Source: Eledone cirrhosa (taxonomy: Eukaryota). From it: DNA of 64,000 nucleotides. Below, piece by piece: positions 23,801 through 34,100 of the stretch (the stretch's first letter is position 1; every line of letters begins with the position of its first letter). The stretch is taken from NCBI GenBank assembly GCA_964016885.1, contig OZ024744.1:119288001-119352000 (forward strand), read 5' to 3'. A program made the position numbers and the translations under genes. Below the pieces are notes generated by a model that saw nothing but the letters and a program-made list of their open reading frames with translations, made no database searches and was not told the DNA's origin.

Positions 23801-26659
23801 GTGGTCAGCTGTCAGTTACTAGTGGTCAACTGTCAGTTACTAGTGGTTAGTTGTCAGTTACTAGTGGTCAACTGTCAGTTACTAGTGGTCAGTTGTCAGT
23901 TACTAGTGCTCAGTTGTCAGTTAGTAGTGGTCAGTTGTCAGTTACTAGTGGTCAGTTGTCAGTTACTAGTGGTCAGTTGTCAGTTACTAGTGTTCAACTG
24001 TCAGTTACTAGTGGTCAGTTGTCAGTTACTAGTGGTCAGTTGTCAGTTACAAGGGGTCAGTTGTCAGTTACTAGTGGTCAGTTGTCAGTTACTAGTGGTC
24101 AGTTGTCAGTTACTAGTGTTCAACTGTCAGTTACTAGTGGTCAGTTTTCAGTTACTAGTGGTCAACTGTCAGTTACTAGTGGTCAGTTGTCAGTTACTAG
24201 TGGTCAACTGTCAGTTACTAGTGGTTAGTTGTCAGTTACTAGTGGTCAACTGTCAGTTACTAGGGGTCAGTTGTGAGTTACTAGTGGTAAGTTGTCAGTT
24301 ACTAGTGGTCAGTTGTGAATTACTAGTGGTCAGTTGTCAGTTACTAGTGGTCAGTTACTAGCAGTCAGTTGTCAGTTACTAGCAGTCAGTTGTCAGTTAC
24401 TAGTGGTCAGTTGTCAGTTACTAGGGGTCAGGTGTCAGTTACTAGTGATGAGTTGTCAGTTACTAGGGGTCAGTTGTCAGTTACTAGTGGTCAACTGTTA
24501 GTTACTAGTGGTCAGTTGTCAGTTACTAGTGGTCAGCTGTTAGTTACTAGTGGTCAGTTGTCAGTTACTAGTGCTCAGCTGTCAGTTACTAGTGGTCAGT
24601 TGTCAGTTACTAGTGGTCAGCTGTCAGTTACTAGTGGTCAGTTGTCAGTTACTAGTGGTCAACTGTCAGTTACTAGTGGTCAGTTGTCAGTTACTAGTGG
24701 TCAACTGTCAGTTACTAGTGGTCAGTTGTCAGTTACTTGTGGTCAACTGCCAGTTACTAGTGGTCAGCTGTCAGTTACTAGTGGTCAACTGTCAGTTACT
24801 AGTGGTCAGCTGTCAGTTACTAGTGGTCAGTTGTCAGTTACTAGTGGTCAACTGTCAGTTACTAGTGGTCAGTTGTCAGTTACTAGTGGTCAACTGTCAG
24901 TTACTAGTGGTCAGTTGTCAGTTACTAGTGGTCAGCTGTCAGTTACTAGTGGTCAGTTGTCAGTTACTAGTGGTCAGCTGTCAGTTACTAGTGGTCAGTT
25001 GTCAGTTACTAGTGGTCAACTGTCAGTTACTAGTGGTCAGTTGTCAGTTACTAGTGGTCAACTGTCAGTTACTAGTGTTCAACTGTCAGTTACTAGTGGT
25101 CAACTGTCAGTTACTAGTGGTCAGTTGTCAGTTACTAGTGCTCAGTTGTCAGTTAGTAGTGGTCAGTTGTCAGTTACTAGTGGTCAGTTGTCAGTTACTA
25201 GTGGTCAGTTGTCAGTTACTAGTGGTCAGTTGTCAGTTACTAGTGGTCAACTGTCAGTTACTAGGGGTCAGTTGTCAGTTACTAGTGGTCAGTTGTCAGT
25301 TACTAGTGGTCAGTTGTCAGTTACTAGTGGTCAGTTGTCAGTTACTAGTGGTCAGTTGTCAGTTACTAGTGGTCAGTTGTCAGTTACTAGTGGTCAACTG
25401 TCAGTTACTAGGGGTCAGTTGTCAGTTACTAGTGGTGAGTTGTCAGTTACTAGTTGTCAACTGTCAGTTACTAGTGGTCAGTTGTCAGTTACTAGTGGTC
25501 AGTTGTCAGTTACTAGTGGTCAGTTGTCAGTTACTAGTGGTCAGTTGTCAGTTACTAGTGGTCAACTGTCAGTTACTAGTGGTCAGTTGTCAGTTACTAG
25601 TGGTCAGTTGTCAGTTACTAGGGGTCAGTTGTCAGTTACTAGGGGTCAGTTGTCAGTTACTAGTGGTCAGTTGTCAGTTACTAGTGTTCAACTGTCAGTT
25701 ACTAGTGGTTAGTTGTCAGTTACTAGTGGTCAACTGTCAGTTACTAGTGGTCAGTTGTCATTTACTAGTGGTCAACTGTCAGTTACTAGTGGTCAGTTGT
25801 CAGTTACTAGTGGTCAACTGTCAGTTACTAGTGGTTATTTGTCAGTTACTAGTGGTCAGTTGTCAGTTACTAGTGGTCAGTTGTCAGTTACTAGTGGTCA
25901 GTTGTCAGTTACTAGTGTTCAACTGTCAGTTACTAGTGGTCAGTTGTCAGTTACTAGTGGTCAGTTGTCAGTTTCTAGTGGTCAGTTACTAGCAGTCAGT
26001 TGTCAGTTACTAGCAGTCAGTTGTCAGTTACTAGTGGTCAGTTGTCCGTTACTAGGGGTCAGGTGTCAGTTACTAGGGGTCAGGTGTCAGTTACTACGGG
26101 TCAGTTGTCAGTTACTAGTGGTCAACTATCAGTTACTAGTGGTCAGTTTATCAGTTACTAGTGGTCAGTTGTCAGTTACTAGTGGTCAGCTGTCAGTTAC
26201 TAGTGGTCAGTTGTCAGTTACTAGTGGTTAGTTGTAAGTTACTAGTGGTCAGTTGTCTGTTACTAGTGGTCAACTGTTAGTTACTAGTGGTCAGTTGTCA
26301 GTTTGTAGTGGTCAGCTGTCAGTTACTAGTGGTCAGTTGTCAGTTACTAGTGGTCAGTTGTAAGTTACTAGTGGTCAGTTGTCTGTTACTAGTGGTCAAC
26401 TGTCAGTTACTAGTGGTCAGTTGTCAGTTTGTAGTGGTCAGCTGTCAGTTACTAGTGGTCAGCTGTCAGTTACTAGTGGTCAACTGTCAGTTACTAGTGG
26501 TTAGTTGTCAGTTACTAGTGGTCAGCTGTCAGTTACTAGTGGTCAGTTGTCTGTTACTAGTGGTCAACTGTCAGTTACTAGTGGTCAGTTGTCAGTTTGT
26601 AGTCGTCAGCTGTCAGTTACTAGTGGTCAACTGTCAGTTACTAGTGGTCAACTGTCAGT
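2855..26659. repeat. 21-bp satellite array, consensus GTCAGTTGTCAGTTACTAGTG, about 1,130 copies, with nested higher-order repeats
   Basis: Directly visible. The monomer is two GTCAGTT heptamers plus ACTAGTG and carries one SpeI site (ACTAGT). Copy number is length divided by 21. Confidence 0.99.
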
Positions 26660-26749
26660 AATACCTGAAATTTGACCACCATTTGATCTACTCACTACCT
26701 CATCCTCTGATTCCTCGAAATTAATACCAGTCGTCAGGTTCTCTTTGAC

Positions 26750-28085
26750 AATATCATACAGTCATCCTTTTGTGCATAAGGAGAAACCTTTTGTGGTCAA
26801 CAGTGGGAGTAGCTCCCTAAACTTCTTCTATCCTATCCTTATTCTAGCTATTGTACTCTCGGCAGACCCTGCTCTACTGCTAATTAGGTCTCCTAGATAT
26901 CAGAAGCTATCAAACACTTCTATGGATCCTTCCTGCTACTGGAACAGACTTACATCACTGGCTCTCTTCTCCTCAGTTACCACTGTGCATCTTCTATGTA
27001 CAAAGTCTTTCCTTCCTGTTAGTCTACCTGTTATCCCAATACATCTTTTGTGTAGCCTAGATTTAGGTACATTGATCTATTATCTTGTGTACATTGTATG
27101 GAGTTTATACCTGCTATCTTTTTACATATTGAGCATGCCACTTCCCTGAGAGAATCAGGGTCCTGTCTTCTCCCCTACTCACTAGCACTTTAATTTTGGC
27201 TAAGTTTACTCTGAGACCTTTTGATTCTGAATTTTGTTTACATAGTTGAAACTTATTTTCTAGGTTTTTAATGAATTCAGCTATAAGGATCAGATTATCT
27301 GTATAGAGAAGTTCCTATGGGCAGCCTGTTCTAAACTCCTCTCTTATGACATGAAAGACTATAATAAACAGCGGTTGGCTAAGAACCGAACCTTGATGAA
27401 CTCCTACCTATACCTTCAATTCTTCACTAAACTCATTTCTTACTGTCACTTTACTGACAGCTCCTCTCTACATGACTGGCACTGTTCTCACAAGTCATTC
27501 TTCTAAATTCTTTAAGGACCACCAGATAATAGATCAAGGTACTCTGTCAAAGGTATCTCTGGATCAACAAAAGCTAAATATAGAGGATTATTCTTGGCTA
27601 AGAACTTCTCATGTAGTAACTCACTAAGAAAAGGGTATCTGTAGTACTTTTTCCAAGCATGAAATCAAACTGCATTTCATCTAATTTGACTCTCTCTCTA
27701 ATTCGTTGTGCTATAACTCCTTCCATCACTTTCATAACTTGGTCCATTAGATATATTCCTCTGTTGTTCCTCTCTAGGGTGTCACCCTTGTAGCAATTTA
27801 TGATTGTTCTGTTACACCAATCATTGGGTATGATTCCATCATGTATTGCCTGATTGATTATGTGAGTGACTAGTTGGCTCCTACCTCTTCTGCTGCTTTT
27901 AGCATGGGTTAGTTTCTCTTCTTCCCTTCATTCACTACATTCATCAATCTCTCATAGTAACATTTCCAGGCCCCTTTCTTTTGAACATCAGTGGTGCTAA
28001 GTACACTAGAGTCATTTCGAACACACTTTTCCTCAACAACCTCTCAATTAACATTGACATATTGTCTTGTTTCAGGCAACACCCT
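26750..28085 (-). mobile_element. Decayed RTE-clade LINE fragment (reverse transcriptase region; multiple stops and frameshifts; no AP endonuclease visible, 3' end missing)
   Basis: Piecewise minus-strand translation gives EKCVRND..KKGAWKCYYERLMNV, LMDQVMKVMEGVIAQRIRERVKLDEMQFDFMLGKSTTD, EKFLAKNNPLYLAFVD..FDRVP, VGVHQGSVLSQPLF (~27370-27410), ELLYTDNLILIAE (degenerate YADDL, ~27280-27315), KGLRVNLAKIKVLV, and YLGDLISS..ARIRIG*KKFRELLPLLT. Confidence 0.9.
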
Positions 28086-28102
28086 GTCTTGCTCATACAC
28101 AA

Positions 28103-28164
28103 CTGTTTTGGCTTGGTTTCTACAGCTGGATGCCCTTCCTAACACCAACTATATTCACTGTGTG
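28103..28164 (-). mobile_element. RTE 5'UTR / RTE-derived SINE core motif
   Basis: Minus strand reads gttggtgttaggaagggcatccagctgtagaaaccaagccaaaacag. This matches, from recall, the conserved 'ggcgtYaggaagggcatccRgc.gtaRaa' motif of RTE 5' leaders and RTE-derived SINEs abundant in cephalopods. Confidence 0.75.
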
Positions 28165-31100
28165 GACCACTTTACAGTGTTTTACTGGGTACTTTTTGGC
28201 ATGACACCTACATGAACACTTTACTGTGTGTACTGGGTACTTTTTTGTTGTGACACCCACATGACCACTTTACAGTGTGTACTGGGTACTTTTTGTGACA
28301 CCTACATGACCACTTTACAGTGTGACTAGGTACTTGTTGTTGTGACACCTACATGACCACTTTACAGTGTGTAATGGGTACTTTTTGTCATGACACCTAC
28401 ATGCCCACTTTACAGTGTGTACTGGGTACTTTTTGTTGTGACACCTACATGACAGCTTTACAGTGTGTACTGGGTACTTTTTGACATGACACCTACATGA
28501 CCACCTTACAGTGTGTACTGGGTACTTTTTGGTGTGACACCTACATGACCACTTTACAGTGTGTACTGGGTACTTTTTGGTGTGACACCTACATGACCAC
28601 TTTACAGTGTGTACTGGGTACCTTTTGTTGTGACATCTACATGACCACTTTACAGTGTTTTACTGGGTACTTTTTGTTGTGACACCTACATGACCACTTT
28701 ACAGTGTTTTACTGGGTACTTTTTGGCATGACACCTACATGAACACTTTACTGTGTGTACTGGGTACTTTTTTGTTGTGACACCCACATGACCACTTTAC
28801 AGTGTGTACTGGGTACTTTTTGTGACACCTACATGACCACTTTACAGTGTGACTAGGTACTTGTTGTTGTGACACCTACATGACCACTTTACAGTGTGTA
28901 ATGGGTACTTTTTGTCATGACACCTACATGCCCACTTTACAGTGTGTACTGGGTACTTTTTGTTGTGACACCTACATGACAGCTTTACAGTGTGTACTGG
29001 GTACTTTTTGACATGACACCTACATGACCACCTTACAGTGTGTACTGGGTACTTTTTGGTGTGACACCTACATGACCACTTTACAGTGTGTACTGGGTAC
29101 TTTTTGGTGTGACACCTACATGACCACTTTACAGTGTGTACTGGGTACCTTTTGTTGTGACATCTACATGACCACTTTACAGTGTTTTACTGGGTACTTT
29201 TTGTTGTGACACCTACATGACCACTTTACAGTGTTTTACTGGGTACTTTTTGTTGTGACACCTACATGACCACTTTACAGTGTGTACTGGTTACGTTTTG
29301 TCATGACACCTACATGACCACTTTACAGTGTGTACTGGGTACTTTTTGGTGTGACACCTACATGACCACTTTACAGTGTGTACTGGGTACTTTTTGTCAT
29401 GACACCTACGTGACCACTTTACAGTATGTACTGGGTACTTTTTGGTGTGACACCTACATGACCACTTTACAGTGTGTACTGGGTACTTTTTGTTGTGACA
29501 CCTACATGACCACTTTACAGTGTGTACTGGGTACTTTTTGGTCTGACACCTACATGACCACTTTACAGTGTGTACTGAGTAATTTTTTTCATGACACGTA
29601 CATGACCACTTTACAGTGTGTACGGGGTAACTTTTGTTGTGACACCTACATAACGACTTTACAGTGAGACTAGGTACTTGTTGTTGTGACACCTACATGC
29701 CCACTTTACAGTGTGTAATGGGTACTTTTTGTCATGACACCTACATGCCCACTTTACAGTGTGTACTGGGTACTTTTTGTTGTGACACCTACATGACAGC
29801 TTTACAGTGTGTACTGGGTACTTTTTGACATGACACCTACATGACCACCTTACAGTGTGTACTGGGTACTTTTTGGTGTGACACCTACATGACCACTTTA
29901 CAGTGTGTACTGGGTACTTTTTGGTGTGACACCTACATGACCACTTTACAGTGTGTACTGGGTACCTTTTGTTGTGACATCTACATGACCACTTTACAGT
30001 GTTTTACTGGGTAATTTTTGTTGTGACACCTACATGACCACTTTACAGTGTTTTACTGGGTACTTTTTGTTGTGACACCTACATGACCACTTTACAGTGT
30101 GTACTGGTTACGTTTTGTCATGACACCTACATGACCACTTTACAGTGTGTACTGGGTACTTTTTGTCATGACACCTACGTGACCACTTTACAGTATGTAC
30201 TGGGTACTTTTTGGTGTGACACCTACATGACCACTTTACAGTGTGTACTGGGTACTTTTTGTTGTGACACCTACATGACCACTTTACAGTGTGTACTGGG
30301 TACTTTTTGGTCTGACACCTACATGACCACTTTACAGTGTGTACTGAGTAATTTTTTTCATGACACGTACATGACCACTTTACAGTGTGTACGGGGTAAC
30401 TTTTGTTGTGACACCTACATAACGACTTTACAGTGAGACTAGGTACTTGTTGTTGTGACACCTACATGCCCACTTTACAGTGTGTACTGGGTACTTTTTG
30501 TCATGACACCTACATGACCACTTTACAGTGTGTATTGGGAACTTTTTGGTGTGACACCTACATGACCACTTTACAGTGTGTACTGGGTACTTTTTGTCGT
30601 GACACCTACATGACCACTTTATAGTGTGTACGGGGTACTTTTTGTCATGACACCTACATGACCACTTTACAGTGTAAACTAGGTACTTGTTGTTGTGACA
30701 CATACATCACCACTTTACGGTGTGTACTGGGTACTTTTTGTCATGACACCTACGTGACCACTTTACAATGTGTACTGGGTATTTTTTGTGACACCTACAT
30801 GACCACTTTACAGTGTGACTAGGTACTTGTTGTTGTGACACCTACATGCCCACTTTACAGTGTGTACTGGGTACTTTTTGTCATGACACCTACATGCCCA
30901 CTTTACAGTGTGTACTGGGTACTTTTTGTTGTGACACCTACATGACAGCTTTACAGTGTGTACTGGGTACTTTTTGTCATGACACCTACATGAACACTTT
31001 ACAGTGTGTACTAGGTACTTGATGTTGTGACACCTACATGACCACTTTACAGTGTGTACTGGGTACTTTTTGGTGTGACACCTACATGACTAATTTACAG

Positions 31101-34100
31101 TGTGTACTTGGCACTTTGTGTCATGACACCTACATGACCACTTTATAGTCTGTACTGGGTACTTTTTGTCAAGACAACTACATGACCACTTTACAGTGTG
31201 TACTGGGTACATTTTGTTGTGACACCTACATGACCACTTTACAGTGTGGACTGGGTACTTTTTGTCATGACACCTACATGACCACTTTACAGTGTGTACT
31301 AGGTACTCGATGTTGTGACACCTACATGACCACTTTACAGTGGACTGGGTACTTTTTGTTGTGACACCTACATGCCCAATTTACGGTGTGTACTGGGTAC
31401 TTTTTGTTGTGACTCCTACATGACCACTTTACAGTGTGTACTGGATACTTTTTTGTCAAGACAACTACATGACCACTTTACAGTGTGTACTGGGTACTTT
31501 TTGTTGTGACACCTACATGACCACTTTACAGTGTGTACTAGGTACTTGTTGTTGTGACACCTACTTGACGACTTTACAGTGTGTACTGGGTACATTTTGT
31601 TGTGACACCTACTTGACCACTTTACAGTGTGTACTAGGTACTTGTTGTTGTGACACCTACATGACCACTTTACAGTGTGTACTGGGTACTTTTTGTTGTG
31701 ACACCTACATGACCACTTTACAGTGTGTACTGAGTACCTGTTGCTGTGACACCTACATGACTACTTTACAGTGTGTACTGGGTACTTTTTGTCATGACAC
31801 CTACATGACCACTTTACAGTGTGTACTGGGTAGTTTTTGTTGTGACACCTACTTGACCACTTTACTGTGTGTACTGGGTACGTTTTGTCGTGACACCTAC
31901 ATGACCAACTTACAGTGTGTAATGAGTACTTTTCGTTTTGACACCTACATGCCCACTTAACAGTGTGTACTGAGTACTTTTTGTTGTGACACCTACATGA
32001 GCACTTTACAGTGTGTACTGGGTAATTTTTGTTGTGACACCTACATGACCACTTTACAGTGTGTACTAGGTACTTGTTGTTGTGACACCTACATGACCAC
32101 TTTACAGTGTGTACTGGGTACTTTTTGGTGTGACACCTACGTGACCACTTTACAGCGTGTACTGGGTACTTTTTGGTGTGACACCTACATGACCACTTTA
32201 CAGTGTATACTGAGTACTTTTTTTCATGACACCTACATGACCACTTTACAATGTGTACTGGGTACTTTTTGTGACACCTACATGACCACTTTACAGTGTG
32301 ACAAGGTACTTGTTGTTGTGACACCTACATGACCACTTTACAGTGTATACTGAGTACTTTTTTTCATGACACCTACATGACCACTTTACAATGTGTACTG
32401 GGTACTTTTTGTGACACCTACATGACCACTTTACAGTGTGTACTGGGTACTTTTTGGTGTGACACCTACATGACTACTTTACAGTGTGTACTTGGCACTT
32501 TGTGTCAAGACAACTACATGACCACTTTACAGTCTATACTGGGTACTTTTTGTTGTGACACCTACATGACCACTTTACAGTGTGGACTGGGTACTTTTTG
32601 TTGTGACACCTACATGCCCAATTTACGGTGTGTACTGGGTACTTTTTGTTGTGACTCCTACATGACCACTTTACAGTGTGTACTGGATACTTTTTTGTCA
32701 AGACAACTACATGACCACTTTACAGTGTGTACTGGGTACTTATTGTTGTGACACCTACATGACCACTTTACAGTGTGTACTAGGCACTTGTTGTTGTGAC
32801 ACCTACATGACCACTTTACAGTGTGTACTGTGTACTTTTTGTTGTGACACCTACATGACCACTTTACAGTGTGTACTGAGTACCTGTTGCTGTGACACCT
32901 ACATGACCACCTTACAGTGTGTACTGGGTACTTTTTGGTGTGACACCTACATGACCACTTTACAGTGTGTACTGGGTACTTTTTGGTGTGACACCTACAT
33001 GACCACTTTACAGTGTGTACTGGGTACCTTTTGTTGTGACATCTACATGACCACTTTACAGTGTTTTACTGGGTACTTTTTGTTGTGACACCTACATGAC
33101 CACTTTACAGTGTTTTACTGGGTACTTTTTGTTGTGACACCTACATGCCCAATTTACGGTGTGTACTGGGTACTTTTTGTTGTGACTCCTACATGACCAC
33201 TTTACAGTGTGTACTGGATACTTTTTTGTCAAGACAATTACATGACCACTTTACAGTGTGTACTGGGTACTTTTTGTTGTGACACCTACATGACCACTTT
33301 ACAGTGTGTACTAGGTACTTGTTGTTGTGACACCTACTTGACGACTTTACAGTGTGTACTGGTTACGTTTTGTCATGACACCTACATGACCACTTTACAG
33401 TGTGTACTGGGTACTTTTTGGTGTGACACCTACATGACCACTTTACAGTGTGTACTGGGTACTTTTTGTCATGACACCTACGTGACCACTTTACAGTGTG
33501 TACTGGGTACTTTTTGGTCTGACACCTACATGACCACTTTACAGTGTGTACTGAGTGATTTTTTTCATGACACCTACATGACCACTTTACAGTGTGTACG
33601 GGGTAACTTTTGTTGTGACACCTACATAACGACTTTACAGTGAGACTAGGTACTTGTTGTTGTGACACCTACATGCCCACTTTACAGTGTGTACTGGATA
33701 CTTTTTTGTCAAGACAACTACATGACCACTTTACAGTGTGTACTGGGTACTTTTTGTTGTGACACCTACATGACCACTTTACAGTGTGTACTAGGTACTT
33801 GTTGTTGTGACACCTACTTGACGACTTTACAGTGTGTACTGGGTACATTTTGTTGTGACACCTACTTGACCACTTTACAGTGTGTACTAGGTACTTGTTG
33901 TTGTGACACCTACATGACCACTTTACAGTGTGTACTGGGTACTTTTTGTTGTGACACCTACATGACCACTTTACAGTGTGTACTGAGTACCTGTTGCTGT
34001 GACACCTACATGACTACTTTACAGTGTGTACTGGGTACTTTTTGTCATGACACCTACATGACCACTTTACAGTGTGTACTGGGTAGTTTTTGTTGTGACA

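Noticed and set aside
2855-26659. Similarity to cyanobacterial heptamer STRR repeats or to a telomeric repeat
   Set aside because: The array is flanked on both sides by metazoan LINE remnants and microsatellites, is internal, and is not TTAGGG-like.
2840-26661. Long ORFs of (SVTSGQL)n and (LLVVSCQ)n, up to 529 aa
   Set aside because: They are an artefact of a 21-bp monomer that lacks stops in two frames. They are broken by 7-bp and 1-bp indels and by stops, and have no unique N- or C-terminus.
26745-27149. 134-aa plus-strand ORF
   Set aside because: It is the antisense shadow of the decayed RTE reverse transcriptase on the minus strand.
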